Positions 41,635 to 51,344 of a DNA stretch of 64,000 nt are shown here, one piece after another. The notes under the pieces are model-generated. The model saw only the letters and a list, made by a program, of their open reading frames with translations. It did no database searches and was not told where the DNA came from. Both the position numbers and the translations under genes were made by a program. The DNA is from Saprospiraceae bacterium UBA1994 (GTDB taxonomy: Bacteria > Bacteroidota > Bacteroidia > Chitinophagales > Saprospiraceae), in assembly GCA_002335865.1 (NCBI GenBank), contig DDCY01000030.1, positions 183-64,182 of the forward strand, read 5' to 3'. Positions within the stretch are counted from its first letter, which is position 1; every line of letters begins with the position of its first letter.

Positions 41635-43407
41635 ATGATTAGAAAAATTCATTTATTCATCTTTGTGTTAGGTTTCGCAATTGTCGGAATACAAGCGCAG
41701 GAAGACGCTTTTGAGAATGTCAATGTCATTTCTGACGACTTGACTGTAGACTCAGAACAAAATGCTAAATGGCGAATGGGTCAAGCTAACTACTCTGCAA
41801 AACCCAAAGATGCATGGGAACTTGGTTTGCACTTTGGTCATCTTTTAATTGCTGGAGATGTTGATAGTGCTATTCCAGGTGGTTACGGATTAGGTTTGCA
41901 TCTTAGAAAAGCGCTACATTATACTTTTTCTTTAAGAGCAGATGTTTTTTATGGGAAAGCTTCAGGTTTGGAGTCTCAGCCATCGAGTCATAGTTCTGCA
42001 GGCGGAGGATTGGTACAATCAGCCTTCAGTGATTACAGCATATCAAATGGTCATCCTGATCAAACATGGTTCCCAAGTTATCAGACAACAAGTGCCTATG
42101 GAGCAATTCAGGGTATATTTAATATTGGTAATATGCTATTTCATAAAGATAGAAATAAGTGGAATTGGTATGTGACTGGAGGTTTTGGTCTCGCCAATTA
42201 CACTACAAATCTAGATTTACTTGATGCATCAGGAGCTCCTTATACAGACTTACGCACAGCGTCTGGATTCAATTCTCAACTTTTCGATACGAAAGCAGGA
42301 AGATCAGATATTAGAAATGCTATTGATGGTATTTATGATGGAGTATATGAAACTCAAGGACCTAGTAAAAAAGGTGTTTTTAGTTTAGGGGGTGATGGTT
42401 CAAACATAAACGTAGTTCTTACTGCATCTATGGGAATTTCTAGAAGAATTTCTAAAAGCTTTAATATTGGATTAGAGCATCAAATTATGCATTCGGGTAA
42501 CGACTTTTTAGATGGAATTAATTCTAGATCGGCATTTGACCAAACGAATAGTTCTGACATAATGCACTATACAAACATCAGACTTGCTTACAATCTAGGA
42601 AGTTCAGATAAAAGAACTGAGCCATTATACTGGTTAAATCCATTAGATGCCACGTTTAATGATATAGCTGAACTTAAGCGAAGACCAATACTAGATCTTA
42701 CCGATGAAGATGGTGATGGTGTTATTGATATGATAGACCAGGAGTTAGGTTCTCCAGCTGGATATTCAGTAGATACTAGAGGTGTAACTTTAGATAGTGA
42801 TAGAGATGGTTTGGCTGATGGAAAAGATAAAGAAATTTTCTCTCCACCAGGATTTGAAGTTGATTCTGATGGTGTAGCAATTGTTCCAACTTACATGAGC
42901 GAGACTGATGTAAATAGAATTGTGGATGCCAAAACAGCTGCAATGTCAGAGGCAATTGATGAAAACTGTGGAAAATGGTTCTTACCAATGTTACACTTCA
43001 GTTCTGATAAATATGATATCAAGCCTGAGTATTACGGTCACCTACACCATGTAGCTAACGTTATGCAAATGTGCCCAAATACTTGTGTATCTGTAGTAGG
43101 TCATACTGATATAAGAAGTGGAAATGAGTATAATAGAGTATTATCTTACAATAGAGCAAAATCAGCAGTTGATTACCTAGTAACAAATTATGGTATTGAT
43201 AGAGCTAGATTTGTTCTAATGTATGGTGGGGAAGAAACGCCTCTTTCTATATCAGGTAGCGCAGGTAATCTAATGAACAGAAGAGTTGAATTCAGAGTAT
43301 GTATAGCAGGAGATAGCGATATGGTGAGACCAGAAGGACCAGATGCAGGTTCTGGTGGATCTAAATCGGGTTCTACTTATAGCGGTAGTAAAAACTCAGG
43401 ATACTAG
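41635..43407 (+). CDS. OmpA-family outer-membrane protein with thrombospondin type-3 (Ca-binding) repeats
   Basis: It has a signal peptide. The TSP3-like repeats are 'DLTDEDGDGVIDMID' and 'DSDRDGLADGKDKE'. The C-terminal OmpA domain includes 'VVGHTDIRSGNEYNRVLSYNRAKSAV' and 'NRRVEFRV'. Confidence 0.85.
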   Translation: MIRKIHLFIFVLGFAIVGIQAQEDAFENVNVISDDLTVDSEQNAKWRMGQANYSAKPKDAWELGLHFGHLLIAGDVDSAIPGGYGLGLHLRKALHYTFSLRADVFYGKASGLESQPSSHSSAGGGLVQSAFSDYSISNGHPDQTWFPSYQTTSAYGAIQGIFNIGNMLFHKDRNKWNWYVTGGFGLANYTTNLDLLDASGAPYTDLRTASGFNSQLFDTKAGRSDIRNAIDGIYDGVYETQGPSKKGVFSLGGDGSNINVVLTASMGISRRISKSFNIGLEHQIMHSGNDFLDGINSRSAFDQTNSSDIMHYTNIRLAYNLGSSDKRTEPLYWLNPLDATFNDIAELKRRPILDLTDEDGDGVIDMIDQELGSPAGYSVDTRGVTLDSDRDGLADGKDKEIFSPPGFEVDSDGVAIVPTYMSETDVNRIVDAKTAAMSEAIDENCGKWFLPMLHFSSDKYDIKPEYYGHLHHVANVMQMCPNTCVSVVGHTDIRSGNEYNRVLSYNRAKSAVDYLVTNYGIDRARFVLMYGGEETPLSISGSAGNLMNRRVEFRVCIAGDSDMVRPEGPDAGSGGSKSGSTYSGSKNSGY

Positions 43408-43432
43408 AAATAGTAATCTGTAATAATATACA

Positions 43433-43467
43433 AGAGGAGGTGACTTAATGGTTATCTCCTCTTTTTT
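43433..43467 (+). terminator. Rho-independent terminator after the OmpA-family gene
   Basis: An AGAGGAG...CTCCTCT stem is followed by TTTTTTG. Confidence 0.75.
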
Positions 43468-43727
43468 GTTCTATAGAAGGTTTGCACTCTGCGTAACAAA
43501 TCTTACGAAGAAGTATTGGAATAGGACTGTTGCATATATAGTATTAGTGTTAATCTTTCTGAATTGTTCCTTTGTAGTGATATTAGTGATCATGAAATAA
43601 TTATTACTAGATAAAAAAATTTAACGGGGTAACATATAGTGGGAAATAGATAGCTCTCAAAGAGAGTACTCTCCACGGTACATATATGTTTATAAAAGTA
43701 GGCAAATAAGAGATGGGAGAATAAGTT

Positions 43728-44444
43728 TTAAGTAAGTTCTAATTGGGCCCTTGTATAGTCTGCAGGAATACCAATATCAATAAAGTAGCTATCCGATAGA
43801 TATCCAAAAAATTTGGAGTTTATAGATTGTTTTTCTAGTATATCTTTTTCCCAAGAGTATTTTTGAGGTAAGTTAAGCGAATTGATAAAACTCTTTGATG
43901 TTGCATATACACCTCCGTTGATTAACCCTTGGTCTATATATTTTTTTTCAGTAAATTCGGTAACCTGGGCACTCTCATTTACTTTGACAAGACCGTATCG
44001 ATCTTGATTTCTGATTGGTTTAAGTGACATACTAAGGTCAGCTTTCCTTGCAAAATGGAATTGGCACAATTTATCAAAATTTACATCGAATAGAGTATCT
44101 CCATTCATCATTAAGAATGCGTCACGATATAGTTTATTAAGTGCTAAGCCTACTGCTCCTCCAGTACCTAGTGGTTCCTCTTCTATACCGTAGTCTAACG
44201 TTATGTTTTTGTATTGCTTGCCAAAATACGATTGTATTACTTCGTGTTTATATCCTACTGCAAGGATTACATGTTCTACGCCATGATTATTGAGCTTGTC
44301 AAGGATGATAGCTAAGAAGGGTTTATTACCGATAGGTGCCATAGGTTTAGGGATTTCTGTAATAACAGATCTTAGTCTAGTGCCTGTGCCTCCAGCAAGT
44401 ATGATAGCTTCTTTAATCATTCTAGGAAAAGATGTTTTTTTCAA
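43728..44444 (-). CDS. hddC: Sugar-phosphate nucleotidyltransferase, HddC-like (D-glycero-alpha-D-manno-heptose-1-P guanylyltransferase)
   Basis: The N-terminal 'AIILAGGTGTRLRSVITEIPKPM' is an NTP-transferase motif, and the protein is 238 aa. It overlaps gmhA by 23 nt and follows a GHMP heptose-kinase-like gene. Nucleotide specificity is inferred from context only. Confidence 0.55.
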   Translation of the reverse strand: MKKTSFPRMIKEAIILAGGTGTRLRSVITEIPKPMAPIGNKPFLAIILDKLNNHGVEHVILAVGYKHEVIQSYFGKQYKNITLDYGIEEEPLGTGGAVGLALNKLYRDAFLMMNGDTLFDVNFDKLCQFHFARKADLSMSLKPIRNQDRYGLVKVNESAQVTEFTEKKYIDQGLINGGVYATSKSFINSLNLPQKYSWEKDILEKQSINSKFFGYLSDSYFIDIGIPADYTRAQLELT

Positions 44445-44997
44445 CTAGCTCACATATAATGTGACCAATAGTTATATGACACTCCTGAATACGTGGAGTG
44501 TCATTAGAAGGTACTCTTATTATATAATCTGAACAGTCATTTAGAATGCCGCCAGCTTCTCCAGTCATCCCTATACAGAGCAATCCTTGTGTTCTGGCCT
44601 GTTCAAATGCCTTGACGATATTCTTAGAGTTGCCGGAGGTACTGAGTCCAATAAGGATATCACCTCTTACTCCTTTGGCTTTGATAAGACGACTATACAC
44701 ATTTTCGTAACCATAGTCATTAGCAACGGCCGTCAGATATGATGTATTGACATGTAAAGCTTCTGAGAAGAGTGGATCTCTATCAGAATAAAACCTTCCA
44801 CTAAATTCTGCAGCTAAATGTTGCGCATCAGCAGCACTTCCCCCATTTCCACAGAAAAAAACTTTCCCACCTGAGTTGAAACAGGAAGTAGTTAGGTCAG
44901 TTATTTCAGCTATGGTATCTAAAAGGATAGGGTTGCCTATGATAGCTTGCTTAGTTTCTATACTACGCTTAAGAATATCAGAAATCTTAGATTGCAT
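44422..44997 (-). CDS. gmhA: D-sedoheptulose-7-phosphate isomerase GmhA (SIS domain)
   Basis: A 191 aa protein with 'FFCGNGGSAADAQHLAAEF', 'GLSTSGNS' and 'ECHITIGHIICELVE', all typical of GmhA. Confidence 0.8.
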   Translation of the reverse strand: MQSKISDILKRSIETKQAIIGNPILLDTIAEITDLTTSCFNSGGKVFFCGNGGSAADAQHLAAEFSGRFYSDRDPLFSEALHVNTSYLTAVANDYGYENVYSRLIKAKGVRGDILIGLSTSGNSKNIVKAFEQARTQGLLCIGMTGEAGGILNDCSDYIIRVPSNDTPRIQECHITIGHIICELVEKNIFS

Positions 44998-45059
44998 ATT
45001 CAGCTTTAATGATGTTTAGCGTAAAGATAATAATCGATAGGATAGATTGGGAAGATCGA

Positions 45060-46085
45060 CTACGGAATAGTCCAAGTAGTAAGACCAATTGGATCAAAGC
45101 TAAAGGGTTGTATTTTGCCACCGAGCGTTTCTAATTCTCTACTCACCTTGTATCTGGTATTTCCAGGACAATATAACGTCATATATCCACCTCCACCGGC
45201 ACCCGATATTTTGCCACCTATTGCTCCGGCTTTCTTAGCTGTACTGTAGATGTTATCAATCACATCATTGGTAATACCTGCAGCCATTTCTTTTTTAAAT
45301 TGCCAGCCTTCGTCTAAGATCCTGCCGATGCCATCGATATCTCCAGTTAGGAGAGCAGTTTTCATATATATAGCCTGCTGCTTTATTTTGTGTGCCGCTT
45401 CAATAGATTTATTTTTTTTAAGTTTAAATGCGGTTGATTGGTTTTCAATAATTGCAGCGGAAAGTCGACTAGTACCGGTATAGTACAATATTAGATTATG
45501 CTCTAGTTCTGACATATAGTCACTGTTAACTCTTAGGGGATTTACAATGACTGTTTCATTTTGCTGAAATTCCATAAAATTAACCCCTCCGAATGTCGCA
45601 GCATATTGATCTTGTTTACCTCCGGCCATTTTAAGATCTTCACGCTCGATCTTATATGCAAGTCTAGCTGTTTCGTAATCTGTAAGGTTGATCCCAAACC
45701 ACTCCAAGAATGCACCCAAGATTGATACCGTAATTGTAGAGGATGTTCCGAGTCCTGACCCTTTTGGTACATCTACATAGGTGGTAAGCTTAAATGATTG
45801 TGCTTTTAAGTTATAATCTTTGACAAGTCTATTATAAACACCTATTGGGAGACTAAGTCCTTCTATATCTTTTAATTGCTTTTGTGAAAATACTTTGGCT
45901 TCTACTCCGAGATCTAAAGAGTTTAGACTTATCAATCCATCATCACTCGGCTGTATCGTGGTATACACATGAAGATTGATCGTGCTATTGAGTATAGCGC
46001 CACCAAAGTCATCTGAGTAGGGGCTTACGTCTGTACCTCCACCTGCAAGGCCTATTCGTAGTGGTGCTTTGGAGCGTATTATCAT
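45060..46085 (-). CDS. hddA: GHMP-family kinase, HddA-like (D-glycero-alpha-D-manno-heptose-7-P 1-kinase)
   Basis: 'SKAPLRIGLAGGGTDVSPY' matches the N-terminus, and 'PKGSGLGTSST' is the GHMP motif II. The protein is 341 aa and adjacent to gmhA. Confidence 0.65.
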   Translation of the reverse strand: MIIRSKAPLRIGLAGGGTDVSPYSDDFGGAILNSTINLHVYTTIQPSDDGLISLNSLDLGVEAKVFSQKQLKDIEGLSLPIGVYNRLVKDYNLKAQSFKLTTYVDVPKGSGLGTSSTITVSILGAFLEWFGINLTDYETARLAYKIEREDLKMAGGKQDQYAATFGGVNFMEFQQNETVIVNPLRVNSDYMSELEHNLILYYTGTSRLSAAIIENQSTAFKLKKNKSIEAAHKIKQQAIYMKTALLTGDIDGIGRILDEGWQFKKEMAAGITNDVIDNIYSTAKKAGAIGGKISGAGGGGYMTLYCPGNTRYKVSRELETLGGKIQPFSFDPIGLTTWTIP

Positions 46086-46087
46086 GA

Positions 46088-47227
46088 TTATGTATTGATC
46101 TTATCATATAGCTCTACAAGCTTAGAGCCAAAATGATTCCAAGAGTAAAGTTCTTTTAATTTCTGTATCTCCTTACGGAATTGATTTAAAGGTCTTTTTT
46201 CAAAGTATCTGAGGATAGCTTGAGCAAGTTCATTGGAATCTACGTTAGTAAGGTAGCCAGTTTTATCATGAATTACTGTCTCTGGCAATCCACCTACATT
46301 AGTACTAACTATTGGTTTTTCAAAATATATGGCCATCTGTGATATTCCACTTTGTGTGGCAGACTTGTACGACTGAGCAACTAAGTCAGCAGCGCAGAAA
46401 AAATATTTAACTTCATCATTACTAATGAAATTTGTATGTAATATTACTTGGCTAGTAATACCTAAACTATCTATTTGTGAGAGGTACTTTTCGCTGTCTG
46501 AGTAATATTCACCAGCTACTATTAGTCTTAAGTTAACATTAGTTTTAAGTCCTTCTGCAATAGCGTCTAATAGAATATCAAGGCCTTTGTAGTCTCGTAT
46601 ATAACCAAAGAATAAAACGTAGTCATATTGAGGATCTAAGCCTAAATGTGCAAGAGCTTTATCTCTTGGGACAATTTCTCCAAAAGTATCGTAAATAGGG
46701 TGCGGAATGTAAGAGATAGGTTGTTGATTGACAAATTGATCCATTTGTTGCTCTACCTTCTTAGACATTACCACGAAGCCATCTACAGACTGAACGAAAT
46801 AGTTGGTCAGAGAAGAATCTCCAAATCGTTTTTCATGAGGAATAATGTTATCTATTATGGAAATTCCTTTAGTTGATTTTGACCTCGCCAATCTCATTAT
46901 AGTACCTAGAGATGGTCCCATGGCGGGAATCCAATATTTGGATATAATTATATCATATTTTCCTTTTTTGATTTTGCGAGCAGTTGTCACCCAAGATATT
47001 GGATTTACACTATTTACTTTTCTAGTGATGGCGATATCCTTTGGCTTTGGATCGTTAGAAAACTGAGATTTGCCAGGAAAGAATAATTTGGGATATTGAA
47101 GGGTGAATGTTATTATATCAACCACATGCCCTTGAGAAATCAGTTCTCGAGCGAGTCTCTCGTTAAACATGGCGATGCCTCCTTTATAAGGATAAGCTGT
47201 ACCTACTATGCAAATCTTTAATGACAT
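46088..47227 (-). CDS. Glycosyltransferase family 4 (GT-B, retaining)
   Basis: The C-terminal 'EKPIVSTNVGGLPETVIHDKTGYL' is an E-x7-E-type motif. A 2-nt gap separates it from the hddA-like gene. Confidence 0.8.
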   Translation of the reverse strand: MSLKICIVGTAYPYKGGIAMFNERLARELISQGHVVDIITFTLQYPKLFFPGKSQFSNDPKPKDIAITRKVNSVNPISWVTTARKIKKGKYDIIISKYWIPAMGPSLGTIMRLARSKSTKGISIIDNIIPHEKRFGDSSLTNYFVQSVDGFVVMSKKVEQQMDQFVNQQPISYIPHPIYDTFGEIVPRDKALAHLGLDPQYDYVLFFGYIRDYKGLDILLDAIAEGLKTNVNLRLIVAGEYYSDSEKYLSQIDSLGITSQVILHTNFISNDEVKYFFCAADLVAQSYKSATQSGISQMAIYFEKPIVSTNVGGLPETVIHDKTGYLTNVDSNELAQAILRYFEKRPLNQFRKEIQKLKELYSWNHFGSKLVELYDKINT

Positions 47228-47311
47228 AAGAATACGAAGATATTAAACTAAAATTACATATAAGGAATTTCTCTTAAAATCAATATGTTTTAGGTTGGCT
47301 ACGAAAATAGT

Positions 47312-48601
47312 CTAAATCGCTTCGGCCACAACAAATATACTTCCAGCTATAATAATAAGATCTTTATCATTTGCACTCCTTCTTGCAGCAGCGAAAGCTT
47401 GTTTGACCGAACGATAGGCTTTACCAAATTTTTGAGTATTCTCGGCTTTGGATTGTAGAATATGTGCATCTAATCCTCTTGGTATATTGGCTTTGCAGAA
47501 GTAGTATTTAGCTTGATCAGGAAATAGAGAAAGCATCTTATCTACATCCTTATCATTGACTGTTCCTATCACTATATGTAGTTCATTGTATATTATTTTA
47601 TCGAGTTGATAAGTAAGGTGCTTTATACCATCTTCATTATGTGCACTATCAGCTATAGTTAGTGGTTCATTATTCAATATTTGCCATCTACCAATGAAGT
47701 ATGTATCGGCTTTAAGAAACTTAAATTTCTCAATTATTTTATTGATATCTAGGACTATTTCCTTTTGAATAGTAAGCCAATTTACAGCAGCAAAAGCAGT
47801 AATAATATTCTTGAGTTGAAAATCGCCTAAAAGATCTGTTTTTATTTCAAAATTCCAATCTTCAGCCTTGATTAATAATGATCTATAAATTGGATTCTCA
47901 TTTGTGACTGAAAGGTTAATGATATCCTCAGCAAATAATAGTTTTGATTTTCTCTCATTTGCAATTTTGATAAAAATATTATCTGTTACATCTTGATGCT
48001 GGCCTACGATTATAGGTACGTTGTTTTTGATGATTCCTCCTTTTTCGTAAGCTATTTCAGCTAATGTATTTCCTAAAACTGATTGATGATCATAGCTAAT
48101 GTTAGTAATGACTGATAACATAGGAGAGATAATGTTAGTGCTATCTAGCCGACCACCAAGTCCAACTTCCATTACTACAAGGTCTGGTGCTTTTGAAGCA
48201 AAATAATCTAAGGCCAAAGCAACGGTTATCTCGAAGAATGACGGTTGTATTTTCTCAATTAATGATTGATGCTTGTTGATAAAATTTGACACGTATTTTT
48301 TAGAAATGAATTCGCCGTTGATTTTTATTCGCTCTCGGAAGTCTTTGTAATGTGGCGAAGTATACATACCTACACTATAGCCTTGGGATTGTAATATGCC
48401 CGCGATGATATGTGATACTGAGCCTTTACCATTAGTACCGGCTATATGGATAAATTTTAGATTGTGTTGAGGATTGCCTAGACCTTCGCAGAGAGCAAAT
48501 ATATTGGTAAGGTCTTTTTTAAATGCGGAAGTACCTTGTCGTTGATAAATCGGTAGTTGTCGATACATCCATTCCAAAGTCTCTGTGTAATTTCTTTTCA
48601 T
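47312..48601 (-). CDS. folC: Bifunctional folylpolyglutamate synthase / dihydrofolate synthase FolC
   Basis: 'IHIAGTNGKGS' is the P-loop and 'MEVGLGGRLDSTN' is also present. The protein is 429 aa with Mur-ligase-like architecture. Confidence 0.85.
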   Translation of the reverse strand: MKRNYTETLEWMYRQLPIYQRQGTSAFKKDLTNIFALCEGLGNPQHNLKFIHIAGTNGKGSVSHIIAGILQSQGYSVGMYTSPHYKDFRERIKINGEFISKKYVSNFINKHQSLIEKIQPSFFEITVALALDYFASKAPDLVVMEVGLGGRLDSTNIISPMLSVITNISYDHQSVLGNTLAEIAYEKGGIIKNNVPIIVGQHQDVTDNIFIKIANERKSKLLFAEDIINLSVTNENPIYRSLLIKAEDWNFEIKTDLLGDFQLKNIITAFAAVNWLTIQKEIVLDINKIIEKFKFLKADTYFIGRWQILNNEPLTIADSAHNEDGIKHLTYQLDKIIYNELHIVIGTVNDKDVDKMLSLFPDQAKYYFCKANIPRGLDAHILQSKAENTQKFGKAYRSVKQAFAAARRSANDKDLIIIAGSIFVVAEAI

Positions 48602-48716
48602 CTACTCAACGGTAAGTCTTGTTCTTTATTAGTATAAAGTAATTTATAGCTCTCTGCGTGCAAATAAATTTATATTACTACAGAAATCACTTCAATTCTA
48701 TAACTTGTACCCTTAA

Positions 48717-49874
48717 ATGAGCACACAACAAAAGTACGATATTATCATAGTAGGAGCGGGAGCTGCAGGGCTTTCTTTAGCCACAAGAATAGCTGAGACA
48801 TCAGAACTTAGAAATAGGCGTGTGTTAATATTAGATAAAGAGCAAAAATTAGGAAACGATAGGACTTGGTGTTTTTGGGAACATGGTGAAGGTAGATTTG
48901 ATGAAATAATAACGCAGTCGTGGAATAATATTTACTTTCACAGTAAGTATATATCTCGACGGTTAGGTTTGGAGCCATATTATGCTTACAAGATGCTAAG
49001 AAGTAGTGACTTTTATGATCATACACTTGCTAGTATTGAGTCTTCTGGTAATGTAGATTTTGTGATAGATAGTGTCGTAGGTGTCAACGCTCAAGAGGGT
49101 ATAGTTATATGCTCAAATGGCTCTTACCAAGCAGATATAGTCTTTTCAAGTAAGCTCCCAGAAGATTTGGATTTTAGTAGTCATATCTATACTGATCAGC
49201 ATTTTGGAGGTTGGTTTATTGAATTCGATGAGGATGTATTTGATAATGAAGCAGCGACATTTATGGATTTTCGTATAGAACAGAACGATGAACATAGATT
49301 TTGCTATGTACTTCCTATTAATAGAAAGAAGGCCCTAGTCGAAGCGGCTATATTCTCAAAGAACCATCAAACTAAAGATGGCTACGATGATATTATCAAA
49401 GGATATATTGAAGACTATATATCTAAATCAAGATACAGTATTCATGAGAAGGAATATGGTGTAATACCTATGACTAATTATCCATTTTGGAAGCACAATG
49501 AAGGTAAAATATATCATATAGGTACTGCTGGTGGAGCTGTGAAACCAAGTTCTGGTTATGCATTCAAAAGAATACAACAACATACAGAAAGAATCATTGA
49601 CTGTTTAAAGTCCAATACCTCTATCGAGAATTCTTATAAAATATTCCGAGGTAGACATTTGTTATATGACAGTGTAATGCTACATGTCTTAGAAGAGCAA
49701 AAAATATCTGGAGATAAAGTATTTTCTGACCTTTTTGAGAAAATAAATGTAGACGTATTACTTAGATTCTTGGATGGAGATACCAATTTTATTGGAGATA
49801 TACAGATCATGAAAGCACCTAGGATGTGGCCGTTTATTAAAGGAATGGCGAAAGTTATTTCTCCTTTGAAATGA
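48717..49874 (+). CDS. crtY: Lycopene cyclase family protein (CrtY-type)
   Basis: The FAD fold is 'YDIIIVGAGAAGLSLA'. 'FCYVLPINRKKALVEAA' fits the FxYxLP motif, and 'GTAGGAVKPSSGYAF' is also present. Confidence 0.7.
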   Translation: MSTQQKYDIIIVGAGAAGLSLATRIAETSELRNRRVLILDKEQKLGNDRTWCFWEHGEGRFDEIITQSWNNIYFHSKYISRRLGLEPYYAYKMLRSSDFYDHTLASIESSGNVDFVIDSVVGVNAQEGIVICSNGSYQADIVFSSKLPEDLDFSSHIYTDQHFGGWFIEFDEDVFDNEAATFMDFRIEQNDEHRFCYVLPINRKKALVEAAIFSKNHQTKDGYDDIIKGYIEDYISKSRYSIHEKEYGVIPMTNYPFWKHNEGKIYHIGTAGGAVKPSSGYAFKRIQQHTERIIDCLKSNTSIENSYKIFRGRHLLYDSVMLHVLEEQKISGDKVFSDLFEKINVDVLLRFLDGDTNFIGDIQIMKAPRMWPFIKGMAKVISPLK

Positions 49875-51186
49875 GTTTTTTGATAAGTGTCGCTAATTCT
49901 TTTGTTGTATTATATCTAGTGAGCGATTGAATTTCTAAATTGTTATTAGTTTCTAGCTTTCCAGATTGCCATAAGTTGTATTTCTCTATATAGAATTCTT
50001 TTGCCTCAATAATTTGACTAGGAGAAAGAACAATACCAGCAGCATTATTTTGTATCATTTTGGCAGCATCACTTTCTTGATTTCCTATACATAATATAGA
50101 ATTGCCACTAGCTATATATTCAAGCATCTTTCCACTTATCATGATTTTACTGTGGTCTTGAGTAGGTAAGCATGTAAACAAAATATCTGAACTCTTCATA
50201 ACGTTTAACGCTTCTCTATGCGGTATATAGCCGAGAATTTCTATTTGATTTGGTGGCATTATAGATTGTATAGAGTCCAAAAAACTTGTACATATATCTC
50301 CTGCTAGCCGTACTTTAATATTAGCTCCTTTGTTTTGCTGAACAAATAGTTTCAGGGACTCTGAAATGGTGGAATGAGGCATGGCGTCAGTCAATAATCC
50401 AATATAGCTGATAGTCATGTACTTGTTACTCTTTTGGCTTTGTACAGATACCATCTTTTTCGCATCGTACCCATTGTATATAAAACTAAATTTTGATTTT
50501 TGCGAAGGGATTTTGTCCATGAGTAAATCAGCCATTGATGGGCCTACCGTAAGGACTCGATCTGCTTCGTTGAGCACACTCAGTTCTAATTTTCCATCTT
50601 TTTCCTTGGATTTTTTAGATTGCAATAAATCTTGGTTGTAGTAGATCTCTGTCCATGGGTCTCGAAAATCAGCAATCCATTTAATTCCATATTTTCTTTT
50701 AAGTACACGCCCTATCAGATGCGTCGAATGTGGGGGTCCAGTGGTGATTATGAGATCTATATTGTTATTGGTTATTATTTTATTTGCTGCTTTTACAGCA
50801 TATAGTTTCCAGCCAATACGAGCATCTGGGATGAATATATTTCCCCTTACATATCTTGATATTTTACTAAATAATCCATTTTTCTCTGCTCCGACGCTTC
50901 CCTGAGGTATTCCTTTTTTTGTGCTGCCAGTTGTAAGCATAGAGTATAGCTTAAGGGGCTCCAAAGTCTTAGTTTTGTATACCTTGACATCCTTGACAAA
51001 GTCACTAAACTCTTCGTCTATTTTTCGATATGAGGCTTTTGAGGGATCTACAGTTAAGACTAAGGGTGTAACACCACAATCGCTGAGGTACTTGGCGAAA
51101 TACATCCAACGCTGAACTCCTGACCCACTACTGGGAGGCCAGTAATAGGATATGATTAGTACAGTGGGAGTTTCGCTATTAGGCAT
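49855..51186 (-). CDS. Glycosyltransferase (GT-B, group 1-like)
   Basis: Starting at ATG 51186 gives 'MPNSETPTVLIISYYWPPSSGSGVQRW', a typical GT4 N-terminus. The 3' end overlaps the convergent crtY-like gene by 20 nt. Confidence 0.7.
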   Translation of the reverse strand: MPNSETPTVLIISYYWPPSSGSGVQRWMYFAKYLSDCGVTPLVLTVDPSKASYRKIDEEFSDFVKDVKVYKTKTLEPLKLYSMLTTGSTKKGIPQGSVGAEKNGLFSKISRYVRGNIFIPDARIGWKLYAVKAANKIITNNNIDLIITTGPPHSTHLIGRVLKRKYGIKWIADFRDPWTEIYYNQDLLQSKKSKEKDGKLELSVLNEADRVLTVGPSMADLLMDKIPSQKSKFSFIYNGYDAKKMVSVQSQKSNKYMTISYIGLLTDAMPHSTISESLKLFVQQNKGANIKVRLAGDICTSFLDSIQSIMPPNQIEILGYIPHREALNVMKSSDILFTCLPTQDHSKIMISGKMLEYIASGNSILCIGNQESDAAKMIQNNAAGIVLSPSQIIEAKEFYIEKYNLWQSGKLETNNNLEIQSLTRYNTTKELATLIKKLISKEK

Positions 51187-51344
51187 TTGACAAAAGTAGC
51201 TAATTACAATGAAGTCGTTTAATAATACATTCTTAAACAAATTCACTTTTTACTTATCTCATAATCCGATAGATCTGGCCTTGATTATGGTATGCAGTAC
51301 GTGGCCACCTTTAAGTAAGATGATCACATACTGCTATTAGGACC

